DNA of 64,000 nucleotides, from assembly GCA_951406725.2 (NCBI GenBank), contig OX597829.1:30566001-30630000 (forward strand), written 5' to 3'. The DNA comes from Octopus vulgaris (lineage: Eukaryota). The notes under the pieces are model-generated. The model worked only from the letters and a program-made list of their open reading frames with translations, had not been told where the DNA came from and ran no database searches. Positions 25,673 to 38,354 of the stretch are shown piece after piece (the first letter of the stretch is position 1; every line of letters begins with the position of its first letter). A program made the position numbers and the translations under genes.

Positions 25673-25717
25673 GGCCAGAGTTCTTTCGTCACACTACTGT
25701 GACCTCATCAGTGGTCC
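25673..25717 (-). ncRNA. Minimal type-I hammerhead ribozyme candidate (best copy)
   Basis: Minus strand reads GGACCA CTGATGA G GTCACA GTAG TGTGAC GAAA GAAC TC TGGCC: intact CUGAUGA, GAAA and UC core, 6-bp stem II, stem I CCA/TGG plus GG/CC. Confidence 0.7.
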
Positions 25718-27299
25718 TTTGCTTTCCTCTTTCTTTTTTTTGTTTTCCCTTACTAACAATCTGCCATTTTGTATTCCAGTTGTATGTGTCATTATCTGCA
25801 CATGCATATATCCTTGTGTGTCTTTGTTTGTGTGCGTGTATATCCCTGTGTGTATCTATGTTTAGTAAGTGTGTGGGAATGTGAATGGTACCTACATTAT
25901 CAGTATCCCCTGTTTATTCACGCTCGTTTAATTTACTTTTATTTATCTTATTCATTTGTTTTTATCTACTTACTTTTTTATATCTTTCTTTTTTTTGTAT
26001 TAATTTAATTTAATTTATTTTGTTTATTACTCTTTTACTCTTTTACTTGTTTCAGACATGTGACTGCGGCCATGCTGGAGCACCGCCTCTAGTCGAGCAA
26101 ATCGACCCCGGGACTTATTCTTTGTAAGCCCAGTACTTATTCTATCGGTCTCTTTTGCCGAACCGCTAAGTGACGGGGACATAATCACACCAGCATCGGT
26201 TGTCAAGCAATGCTAGGGGGACAAACACAGACACACAAACACATACATATATATCAGGGGCGTGCACTCTCAGGTATGCAAGGTATGCGTTGCATGCCCT
26301 GTGATTTTTTTATCCATATGATCGGAAAATTAGATAAAATAGTTACTTTGTTTCAAAGAAAATCCGTCCAGTTGTATTTTGTCTCCCCTTCCCTCTCAGT
26401 GACTCTACTTCTGCTTTTAGAAGTCATGCATTGACAAGACCAGCATGTTAGACACTCCCTCTCTGTCTTAGTTTGTCCTTCCTTCCTCTCTCTCTCTCTT
26501 AGTGACTGTTTAAAAGACATGCTAAGAGGATAGGGCATTTGAAATATTTTTACCCCCTTCCTCTTTCTTTTAGTGGCTATGCTGTGGGATGACCCGCATG
26601 ACCTCCCTCTCTGTCTCTTAGTTTGTCCCTCCTTCCTCTCTCTCTTTTAGTGAATTGATAAAACAGATGCTAGGAGGAAAGGTTGTTCATAATATTTTGT
26701 ACCCCTTCCTCTTTCTCTCAGTGGCATGTCATGCTATGAGCTGACCGCATGATACCCACTTTCTGTATCTTTCTGTTTTGTTGAAATTGACTTACAATTT
26801 ACGCTGGCGCTTCCACGTGTGTTCGTTCGTATATTTTCGTATATTTTACGAAATGAGTGAAATGTGTTATAAACGATATTTTGAGAAATAGTTTTTCGAA
26901 AGGAGAATTCGATGGAAAATAATTAATTATATCGGTGGGAGACCAACACCGAAAAGGGCTAATGCATTAGATAACATTGTTAAAAAAAAGATTTCCGAAG
27001 GCAACAGCCTCACGGCTTATTATTACCACAAAGTAAAAATTATCATTTCATAATCAGCCTTTTTGAGCACATCATTGAAAATCCTGAAGCATGGGATGAT
27101 ACCACCATAAATTCAGCAATTGGATTCTTACAAACTTTAAAAGCTCCTGATTTCTTATTTTTGTTAGAAGTATTCAGTGAGATTTTTTCTTTTTTCATAT
27201 TTAACATCCTCCAGAGTAAAAGTCATAACATAGTGTATTGTAAAGATCAAATAGATAAAACTAGAACTGTACTCGAAAACAAACTTGATAATTTTTCAA

Positions 27300-27620
27300 T
27301 CTCTTTTACTTGTTTCAGTCATTTGACTGCGGCCATGCTCGAGCACCGCCTTTAATCGAGCAACTTGACCCTGGGACTTATTCTATCGGTCTATTTTGCC
27401 GAACCGCTAAGTAACGGGGACATAAACACACCAGCATCGGTTGCCAAGCAATGCTAGGGGGACAAACACAGACGCACAAACACACACACGCATATATATA
27501 CATATATACCACGGGCTTCTTTCAGTTTCCGTCTACCAAATCCACTCACAAGGCTTTGGTTGGCCCGAGACTGTAGTAGAAGACTCTTGCCCAAGGTGCC
27601 ATGCAGTGGAACTGAACCCG
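27300..27620 (-). mobile_element. SINE family B inside the hAT
   Basis: Same diagnostic segments as the other family B copies. Confidence 0.82.
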
Positions 27621-27838
27621 GGGGGAAAAATATGGAGTCGATGCAGGAATCGGAATTCAGAGATCCAAGAATATATCTATTGAGCCCCAACGACATTATA
27701 AAATGCTTTATAACAAAATTATCAGTACAATAGTTGACCAAATAAAAGCACGATATTCATCCTTAGAAGAGTTTAAATTCATGGAACTTTCGAATTTCAA
27801 CAAATTTGATGAGTATTGCAAACAATTTAAAAATCATG

Positions 27839-28082
27839 GGTACTATTTAAGAAGAGTGGTCCCGGTGCGCGCACTCAAGCATCCACGCCAGCTAGTCGTG
27901 ACTAGTCGATCCTTACTTTGTGTTTTATTTACTTTGTTAAAAACAATATTTACTTTGTGTTTTATATATTTTGGTTAAAAAATTTATTTACTTTGTTAGA
28001 TAGTCGTAGGATCGACTAGTCACGACTAGCCAGCGCGGATGCGCGAGCGCGCGCAACGGGATCACTCTTCTTAAATAGTACC
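27839..28082. repeat. MITE-like element with ~75-bp GC-rich inverted repeats
   Basis: GGTACTATTTAAGAAGAGTGGTCCCG...CTAGTCGTGACTAGTCGATCCT versus AGGATCGACTAGTCACGACTAG...CGGGATCACTCTTCTTAAATAGTACC. Confidence 0.85.
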
Positions 28083-28263
28083 AGGGCGACGTTTTTTTTT
28101 TATTCTAGGTCATACGGGGGTGATTGCATATTCAGAATTTCCCATATGTAAATCGTAGGAATTCGAAAATTTTTTTTTACTGAAAAATTGCCCCCGGGGG
28201 GGGGGGGGGTATTGGGGCAAAGAAATTCATTGCATGCCCAGCCCCGGAAGTCACCGCACGCCA

Positions 28264-28303
<40 letters not shown>

Positions 28304-29259
28304 CACGACAGGCTTCTTCCAGTTTCCGTCTACCAAATCCACTCACAAGGCACTGGTCGGCCCGGGGCTATAGCAGAAGACACTTGCCCAAGATGCCACG
28401 CCGTGGGACTGAACCCGGAATCATGTGGTTGGTTAGCAAGCTACTTACCACACAGCCCCTCCTGCACCTATTGCACCTGTTTATGTATATAATTATCTAA
28501 TTCATTTTATTTATCTGTGTGTTGTATTAGCTTCATATTATTATCAGTTTATGGGGATCTTGTTCTGTCATAGTTTGTGGTGTGTGTGTGTGTGTGTGGG
28601 GGTGAACACTAAATATAAAGTGCGTGTATTTTCATTGGTTAAACTGGCAACATGACCATCCCCAAATCCAACAATATCTGTTTCACATCAAGAATCTTGC
28701 AAAATGAATATATAAACATATATATATACATATATATATATAACATACATATAAGAGGTAGATTCCTAATATGCTAAAGGTAGACCCCATATGGTCAGAC
28801 CACTAAGAAAAATTGTTTTCAAGAAATTTCGGCAAACACTAGAACGTAAAGCAAGCAAGACAAATGAAAAGATACAAAATTTAGTAATAAGTCACATACC
28901 TAGGTTTCATTGTTACCTTTTACATTACGTAAAAGTCCACAAATCATCGTTGTGACCACCATGGAAAATATAATTTTCAGAACTATACATGAGATGTCCT
29001 CACAAGAGAGAACATGTATACAGTTCTATCAATTATATTTGGGGGCATATTTCAAATGTCTTTGTTTCAGCATGCTGAAGACAGAAATGACTCTGCAATA
29101 CACACACACACACACACACACACATACACACACACATACACACACACACACACGCACGCGCGCACACACACACACACACACATACTTACATATATACATA
29201 CATACTTACATATATACATACTAACATACACATACACACACCACACACACATATATTTG

Positions 29260-29750
29260 TGCTGTTTAATGCTGAAAAGTTTCAAGTCCTATGTTATCAG
29301 CATGCAAAACTAACTGCAATACCCACTAAATACACTGCACTTGGAGGGATTGCAATCCCAGAGACACAGTCAGTGTGTGACCTGGGCATTTCCATGAATA
29401 ATGATACATCATTCCATGTACAAATTGCTAAGTTGGCAATGAAATGCAGACAACTGACTGGATGGATTCTTAGAACTTTTAAATTGAGAAATCAAGAAAC
29501 CATGATGATCCTCTGGAGGACATTTATCCTAAGCCACTGTGACTAATTCTCCCATCTATGGTTCCCAACCAGTGCAAAATTAATTTCAGAACTGGATCAA
29601 TCCAACGAAGCTACACAAAGAAGATAGCCTCTATGTCACATGTAAGCTACTGGGAAAGACTCAAGAGATTGAGACTCTATTACCTACAGCATAGGTGCGA
29701 AAGATATGCCATAATATACATCTGGAAGATTTCAATTCCAAAATTTGGAG
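29260..29750 (+). pseudogene. CR1-clade LINE RT C-terminal fragment
   Basis: FNAEKFQVL, DLGI, GWILRTF, IQRSYTKKI...SYWERLKRLRLY...RCERYAIIYIWKI. Confidence 0.85.
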
Positions 29751-29799
29751 TTAGACTCTCCATTATTATTTACCATATATATAGCACTGCGTATCCCTC

Positions 29800-30345
29800 A
29801 CATCTCCAGGGAGTAGAATTCCAGTTCATCAACTTCACCCAGTAGCCCATGCATTTTACTGATTCTATCTTCTTTGTGTAGTGGCATTGGATCGCCTCTA
29901 GTTCTGCAATTAGTTTTACACTCTATAGGGACCACAACTGGGAGCAGTACTCCAGAATACTGAGGACAAAGGTTCTCCAAAGCAGAAGCATTGTGTCTCT
30001 GTTTCTGGTCCTGAAGGATCTAAGGATCCAACCTACCACCTGCCTGCATAATGTTGCCACCTGAGCAATGTTTACATAGAAAGTTGCGTTGCTGCTCATG
30101 TGGATTCCCAGGTCACGCACTAACTCTAACTCTCAGATTACATTGCCTGCTGGTCCCGTGTACTTCAGTTGTATTTGGTTTGTGGGCCAACTTGAAGTTT
30201 GTGGGCCAACTTGTGGAGTGCTTGAAATTTTACAGCATTGAACTGCATATTATACACATTAGCCCATTTGTATATTGCGTTCAGGTAATTCTGTAGTTTT
30301 AGGATGTCAGTAGGATCCTTGACCACCTGCGATATCCCCAAAACA
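29800..30345 (-). pseudogene. Second CR1-clade RT fragment, opposite orientation
   Basis: LQNYLNAIYKWANVYNMQFNAVKFQAL; RDLGIHM...GWILRSFRTR...LEYCSQLWS. Confidence 0.85.
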
Positions 30346-30655
30346 TTGGGGTAGCTTAATACTTTTGGCCAAGGTTGTATTTTACCAATGCATTTAGAAA
30401 ACCTTCCTATAATAACACCTGAAAATTTCACAGTTGCAGTTGTTTGTGAAGTCAGAAGAGCCAAACCAATCATGTTATACTCTTTTCATCCCACTTACAT
30501 CGCAGGGAAAAATTTAAAACAAAAAAAAAATTTAGGCCACTTTCAAACTGAATGTTTTTGAAATATTTAGGCACATGTCATTAATAAAACATTACCTTAT
30601 CACTGTATAAAGTAGTTAACCTATTTTCTGTTTCTTATCTGATGTAGATTTAGAT

Positions 30656-30693
<38 letters not shown>

Positions 30694-30749
30694 AGAGAGA
30701 GAATTTTAAAATTTTCCTTTGCTTTGTGCAAGGGAAAATGGTTTCAGAT

Positions 30750-30963
30750 GTCTATTCTTTTATTTGTTTCAGTCATTTGACTGTGGCCATGCTGGAGGAC
30801 TATCCCCAAGGGTTTTAGTCAAACAAATCGACACCAGGACTTTTTTTTTTAAACCTAGTACTTATCCTGTCAGTCTCTTTTGCCAAACCACTAAGTTATT
30901 GGGACAGAAACACATCAATACTGGTTGTCAAGCAGTGATGGGGAAACAAACACAAAGACACAC

Positions 30964-31014
<51 letters not shown>

Positions 31015-31550
31015 TTATACACACACGAAAGCTTCTTTTAGTTTCCATCTACCAAATCCACTCACAAGACTTTGGTTGGCCTGGGGCTGTAGCAGAAGAC
31101 ACTTTTTGGGAAGCAAGCTTCTTACCACACAGCCACAAATATTAAGTCTCTTTTACTCTTTTACTTGTTTCAGTCATTTGACTGCGGCCATGCTGGAGCA
31201 CCACCTTTAGTCGAGCAAATTGACCCCAGAGCTTATTCTTTGTAAGCCCAGTACTTATTCTATCGGTCTCTTTTGCCGAACCGCTAAGTGACGGGGACGT
31301 AAACACACCAGCATCGGTTGTCAAGCAATGCTAGGGGGACAAACACAGACACACAAACATACATATATATATATATATATACATATATATGATAGGCTTC
31401 TTTCAGTTTCTGTCTACCAAATCCACTCACAAGGCATTGGTCGGCCTGGAGCTATAGCAGAAGACACTTGCCCAAGATGCCACGCAGTGGGACTGAACCC
31501 GGAACCATGTGGTTGGTTAGCAAGCTACTTACCACACAGTCACTCCTGTC
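30750..31550 (-). mobile_element. Two tandem SINE family B copies
   Basis: Copies at about 30750-31140 (diverged) and 31148-31550 (near consensus). Confidence 0.85.
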
Positions 31551-32929
31551 TATATATATTTTTTTTACCAAAAACAACATGGAGAAGGTTCACAGAAGCT
31601 GAAACACTGATAGATACCTACACTTGGGAACAACTGCAATCCATTGCCAAAAGATTGAAGCAAACAGAAATCTCTTGTTTGCAGCCTATGCTCCATAACT
31701 TGGAGGAGGAGGGGAGGTGGTGGAGGAGGAGGAGGAGGACACATGACGGATATATTATTTCATCATCCCTCAAAGCTCTGTTCAGCAGGATCTGAGCTCA
31801 GAAATATGACATTTTATCTGGCTCTCTCAGATGAACCTACTAATCCACTGCCTTGTATTTCTTTAATTAACATTAAATCCCAGTAAGGCTCATGGTCTTT
31901 CATTTCTATTTTGTATATCAGAGATATACTTTGGTTGGTTATAGTAAGTTGCATGGTGCAGTGTTATGTGAGTGGTAATGTGTGGTGGTATGTGAATGGT
32001 ACAGTGATTGTATCGATTACATGAGCTTGATAAGTGCTGATTATATTAACTATACTCTCTTCTGAAAATAAAACTTAATTGGCCTTTTATCAAGACAAGA
32101 TATCAATATTTATCAAACAAAACAAAACAAATTATTATTATTATTATTTTACCATTATCATTGCTGTTATTATTATTTTACTGTTATTATTAATATTGTT
32201 GTTGTAGTTGTTGTTGTCGGTGGTGGTATTATCAATATTGTTGTTGGTGGTGTTATTTAGGGGAGAGAGTAAATGATAGAAATGTGTTGCGGTGGTCATA
32301 GGTAAATAAAGAGTGAATGTAGTCAATGGCAAATGAAGGACTGATGTTAATACGAAGTGGCTCAGAGGAAAGGGAGTGATGACAGGCAGTTGAGAAAAGG
32401 TGAGTGTATGAAATGTGATAATGGGTCTTGCTTTCATTTATTACAGCAGAACAATTATACAATAGATAGAAGAGTGATAAAGGGTTGAGTGTCAGCGAGA
32501 GAAGAGGAGGGCAGCAGATGTACACTTAACAAGCACATATTGGGCAAGGGTCTCAGATGTGTGCATACACATCATGCTTCCAGCCTCCATCCCTACTATC
32601 ATTTTAACACCAGCCTTGCTGTGTTTGCATAGATGGATGGGACGTCATGAGCACTGTGTGTCTCTCATCAAATCAGGTTGTTGAATTCCATGAAAAGGAC
32701 AAAAGACTAAGATTAGTCTTCGCTACTTCATCTCACATCGTCCTGGCTCTCCTTCCTCCACATGCTCAACTCACTGTAAGCAATTGCCACTTCTTTCTGT
32801 TGTGTCTTTACGTATACACACATACACATGACATATCTACCTACTTTTATAATAATTAACTTATTGTATATAGTACTCAGGTGCACTGTGTACACACACA
32901 CACACACACACACACACAAAGAGAAAGAT

Positions 32930-33515
32930 AGCATGGCCCTCTGGTAAGTAGTTTGCTTCCCAGCTACATAGCTCAGGTTCAGTCCCACTGTGTGGCAGCT
33001 TGGGCAAGTGTGTTGGCTGACCAAAGCCTTGTGAGTGGATTTGGTAGATGGAAACAGAAAGAAGCCCATCGTATATATATCGCTGCTTTCTTCCAAGGAA
33101 TCTAATGCTCTTAGTTTAGTTTTTCCTTGGGGCTGGCCAGATTGGAGCCATCTCGAGTATAATCAGCTGAAATTGCAAAGATAATCTGGTACTCAACTGA
33201 GGAAAGAAAACTCCAAATGACCCGTCCTTGTTTTCTTTGTATCACCTAACTGTCTGGATGTTGTGAGTTCTTGTCCCATTTTGTATTTTTTATATATAGA
33301 TATTAATGTATTTGTATGTCTGTGTTTGTCCCTCCTCCCACCATTGCTTGACAACTGATGTTGGTATGCTTACATTCCTGTAACGTAGTGGTTCGGCAAA
33401 AGAGATCGACAGAATAAGTACTAGGCTTACAAAGAATAAGTCCTAGGGTTGATTAGTTCGACTAAAGGCAGTGTTCCAACATGGCCTCAATCAAATGACT
33501 GAAGCAAATAAAAGA

Positions 33516-33520
<5 letters not shown>
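32930..33520 (+). mobile_element. SINE family B with a ~220-bp insert (33080-33300) in its (TA)n
   Basis: The SINE head and tail flank an unrelated segment. Confidence 0.75.
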
Positions 33521-33556
<36 letters not shown>

Positions 33557-33954
33557 GAGGTGGGGAATATGTTTATATTTGTGTTTCCTTATCTTGACAT
33601 CATATGACAGTTGTAAATAATGGTCACTGTCAAGCAGTGTTATTCATTACCAATATTCTGTGTAAATATGTCTGGCCATAGGACAATAGTATCTTGCTTG
33701 GAAACAGGTGGGGTTGGTAATAGCAAGGGTATTTGGCCACAGAAAATCTGCCTCAAAAAAATCTCTCTCTGACCCAAGCAAGCACAGAAAAGTGGTCATT
33801 GGTGTGTTTACGTCCCCCGTAACTTGATTTTATTTTTTCTGAGCCTGGAACTTATTTTATCTGTGTCTTTCACCAAATTGTTTAGATAATTACTGGAAGT
33901 CAATTTGTTCAAGTAAAATTTTTCAAGATGGTGCCACATCATGGCTTCAGTCTA

Positions 33955-33981
33955 AAGTATGTATGTATGTATGTATGTATG

Positions 33982-34013
<32 letters not shown>

Positions 34014-34092
34014 CAAGTATGTATGTATGTATGTATGTATGTATGTATGTATGTGTGTGTGTGTATGTGTGTATGTGTGTGTATGTATGTGC

Positions 34093-34128
<36 letters not shown>

Positions 34129-34627
34129 ATGTATGTATGTATGTATGCAAGGATGTATGTATGCATGTATGTGTGTGCATATGTGTGCATGTGTGTGAAT
34201 GTATAGCTGTGTATGTGTATGTATGTACATGTGTGAATATATATATGTGTGCATGTATATGTGTACATATAAATGTATATGCATATATGTGTGTGTGTGT
34301 GTATGCAAGGTTTGTCCATCTACTTATTTATGACCTGTTTAGATTTTGTTGACTTCTTTTTCAACAAAACCCAAGTCTTCTTAGCTAATGTTTACATTTT
34401 CATGAACACACAACTGAACTCAGAAATGCATAGCCCCCCCCCCCCCGATGCACATGCATGCACAAATTACTATTTGCCACTAACACAAACCACATGTATG
34501 TGGTTTGCACACACATCTATGTGGTTTGCATACACATACATGCACACACATACATACATCCTTACATGCATACAAACATTCTTACATGCATGCATGCATG
34601 CATACATATATACATTCATACATACAT

Positions 34628-34662
<35 letters not shown>

Positions 34663-35339
34663 TTCTAATTGATATAAAAGCATGCACATACACTTAATAA
34701 ACATCTACTAATACACAACATGCTCATTAATACTCAGTTACACGCACACAGATATACCTATACATGCACACACACACATATTTAGAAACATATATCACAC
34801 ACATTCCATTTTCAGCAAATGCAGGAGCCTCTACACGGTCGTTTGACGTGCTAAAAATAGCAATCAAATCATCATCATCGTATACACACATGATAAAATG
34901 CATGTACACCCCCCCCCATTATCTTAGAAAGGGATGCATCAGATAATGTGGTCTAGTACATAAGTCAGCACCATTTGAGCAGCCATTTGCTCAGAGCCAT
35001 CCCAGATATGGCCATCCTGTCCATTTCCTAAGAATAAACAATAATATCAACAATACACACAGACACACATAGATACATACACTTATACTCTTACCAACCA
35101 ACACAAGCACACACATTATCCCTAACAGACACACACACACACACACAAAATTATCACCAACACACACACACAAATTATCACCAACACACACACACACAAA
35201 TTACCACCAACACACACACACAAATTACCACCAACACACACACACACACAAATTACCACCAACACACACCACACACACAAATGATCACCAACACACACAT
35301 TATCATCGACACACGCACACACATCAATACATGCACAAC

Positions 35340-35373
<34 letters not shown>

Positions 35374-35514
35374 CAACATGCCTACATGTTCATTTACTGA
35401 TACAGGTCCAACCACATATGTACACATTGCACATTATGCATTAGTGTATGTTGTTGAGTGCATGTGTATGTGTTGATGTGTAAGTATAAACGTATCAGTC
35501 ACAATTATATACAT

Positions 35515-35550
<36 letters not shown>
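33955..35550. repeat. (TATG)n/(CA)n compound microsatellites and a CAAATTACCACCAA(CA)n minisatellite
   Basis: Directly visible. Confidence 0.9.
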
Positions 35551-35551
<1 letters not shown>

Positions 35552-35734
35552 CGCTGTAAAGAGCACCAACAGGCTTCCACATGCAGAGTAGATTGACAAA
35601 AAGAACTAAGAATCTTGTTCTTATATAACCTAAGTTACCATTAGTTCAATGAAGAAGATATATTTAATGATCAGAGAGATTAAAATGTTTGACTGTGTCA
35701 GTGGATTGTTCCTCTCATGTTACATATAATCGAC

Positions 35735-36047
35735 AGAGAGACAGGGAGAAACTGGCATCAAGCAAATCAAAGAGAGAATGAAGAGATGAGAGAGAGAGAG
35801 AGAGAGAGAGAGGAAAGAGAAATGAAAAGGAGAAGAGGGCGGGGAGGAAATTGGTGAAAGAGAAATGAAAGAGAAGGCAAACTGATCAAAGGGAAAATGG
35901 TAGAGAGAGAGGGAGGGGGAGAGAAAGAGAGCGAAATAGGTTGAAACTGGTTGAAGACAGAGGAGAATGTTAATGAGAGAGGGAGGAGGAGGAGAGGAAG
36001 GAAAAAAGTAGAAAGAGAGGTAAGGGAGTTGAAGAGAAAAGAAAGGA

Positions 36048-36088
<41 letters not shown>

Positions 36089-36204
36089 CGAATACAAAAG
36101 ATAAAGAAAGGGAGAGAGAGAGAGAGAGAGAGATAGAAGATAGAGAGAAATAAAAAGAGAAAAAGAACAAGAGAAAGAACTAGAGATAATGGGGATAAGA
36201 CAGA

Positions 36205-36235
<31 letters not shown>

Positions 36236-36300
36236 TAGAGATGATGGGGTTAGGACTGAGAGAGAGAGAGAGAGAGAGAGAGTAGGTGAATGACTGAAGA
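35735..36300 (+). repeat. Polypurine (GA-rich) tract
   Basis: Strong purine strand asymmetry with (GA)n runs. Confidence 0.9.
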
Positions 36301-36497
36301 GAATACACTCAATATACTTGTTGCCCTATTAAGTCTATATGGTTCCATTCTAAGTGTGAAACTATAATCTGTCGGCCTTCAAATTAAAAATAAACACCAC
36401 TATACTTCATCTGGTCAACACAGACCACACACAGTGTGTTAGTGGTCAAATAGGATATAGTACATTGCACTACACAACACAACAAAAGAGCCTCTAC

Positions 36498-37149
36498 CAG
36501 AGGTTCTCAACCAGGGTTCATATGGCCTTTAGGAGTCCATATAAGATTTTGTCATTAAGATTCATGTGCAATAAACTGGTTATTCTTCTTTTACAATACA
36601 CAAAATATTTTAACACTCTATTTCATACAATTCCTAAAATTTGATTATAAGAATAAAATAGGATTTTTTAAACATTGAATGGGTTCACCCAGTAAAATAA
36701 GAACTAAAGGGGTCCATAGAGCATTGAATTAACCATTAAGCAAAATATGTACGTGCTTAGACCATCAAGGGAAGGGGAGCACCACAAAAATGGTAAATGG
36801 TTTATAGCACAAAAGAAATCACTTTAAACTTGCTAAAATAACATTCAAAGTGGTTTATATGAATGGAAATATAATTTCAAAGCGTACATGGTGTCATAGT
36901 GGGGATTTGATCAAAGGCTTTTCAGCTAAAAAAAAGGAGAAAACTTTCCAAATATAAATAAAATGGAAGTATAAAATTATAAACATTATTTTCCATTTTA
37001 CTGTTAGTAAAATTTATTTTATGGTTTATTATTGTTTATATTTTCAATTACATCTATATGGAGGCACCAAAATCTTTTAAGTGCTTAGGGCCTCTATGGG
37101 TCTTAAGCCAGCCATGGGTCCATAGGTTGAAAATGGTTGAGAACCACTG
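36498..37149. mobile_element. hAT (Charlie-like) MITE with a nested second MITE (~36720-37115)
   Basis: TIRs CAGAGGTTCTCAACC / GGTTGAGAACCACTG; the inner element is flanked by a duplicated GGGTCCATAG. Confidence 0.7.
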
Positions 37150-38263
37150 ATCTATATGGTTGACTGACCAGTTAGAAATAGCAGCCAAACATCCTGCAAA
37201 TTACATGTTGCTGTATTTAGCAAGAAGAGAACTCATCATCATCTTTTCATGTCTTCTGTTTTTCCATGCTTGCATGAGTTGGAACAAGTCCTCTCTAGAG
37301 CACAGTGTCTTGCATTTATTCTTTTATTCTTTTACTTGTTTCATTCAGTTGACTGCTGCCATGCTGGAGCACTACCTTTAATTGAACTTATTCTTTGTAA
37401 GCCTAGTACTTATTTTATAGGGTCTTTTGCCAAACCATTATGTTACAAGGACATAGATACACCAACATTAAAAAAATATATCTGAAGGGCTTCTTTCAGT
37501 TTCTGTCTTCCAAATACCCACACAAGGCTTTGGTCAGCCCGCAGCTATAGTAGAAGACACTTGCCCATTTTGCTTGATGCTGTGGTGGCAGGTATACATC
37601 TTGCTACACAGCAACATCATTAAATTTCATACTACGTTGATGTGTCAAGAAGAGATATCTTGCAATGTAAAAATTTACAAGTAATTTAACTTCATAAATT
37701 GGTGGGGAGACCTTTTTTTTTTATGCTTTGTTATATATTTTGTTAATTATGACATCATTGGTTACAGTTTTCCAAAAGGCCAATCACTGTCACTCATCTC
37801 AAATGCAAGAATACGGTGAGCCAAAAGGAGCACCTGCACAATTTGAAGAGAGAAAATACCACAAGGCATTTCTTTAATTTTTTTTTCAGTGCAATGATTT
37901 ATTGATTTTTTTTGTTATTGTGTACATTGTTGTTATACATTGATGACAAGCACGTAGGCTTGTATTATACATACATAATTAACCATGTATAGTTGCAGAA
38001 GTTAATTACTCTAGAGGTGTGAATATCTCTTCCAAAATCGTTTATGTAAAATATTTATGGATAGTTATTTTAAAACATGCAGTTCCTCTATTGGAATTAA
38101 TGTGGATTACAAACAGAGTAACCACTGGTGCATTTGATTGTTAGCAAATATTCAAGTGACAATCTGGTAAAGATGGGATTTTCAAGCAAAGAAAAAAAAA
38201 CTAGCTTGTACACATTTTACAAATACAATATATATATCAAAGAGTGTGTGTCCCTCTTATATA

Positions 38264-38300
<37 letters not shown>

Positions 38301-38320
38301 GTGTGTGCGTGTGTGTGTGA

Positions 38321-38354
<34 letters not shown>

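Larger units (their letters stand above)
26255..28266 (+). mobile_element. Internally deleted hAT element (Tip100/ZMYM1-like transposase remnants)
   Basis: TIRs CAGGGGCGTGC ... GCACGCCACTG inside (AT)n; remnants GRPTP (~26935), DFLFLLEVFSEIFS..FNILQSKSHNIVYC and LYNKIISTIVDQIKARYSSL. Confidence 0.8.
26030..28470 (-). mobile_element. SINE family B split by a hAT insertion
   Basis: One half at 26030-26254 and the other at 28267-28470, broken at the internal (TA)n. Confidence 0.82.
24287..28710. mobile_element. Penelope-like element with inverted ends, hosting nested insertions
   Basis: 24287-24349 plus 25620-25635 is the reverse complement of 28600-28678; the right end has the tail; hammerhead motif at 25673-25717. 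Confidence 0.7.

Noticed and set aside
30719-31795. 150-160-aa ORFs (also 12701-13216 and 22780-23247)
   Set aside because: Chance open frames through SINE B; the same pseudo-peptides recur at each copy.
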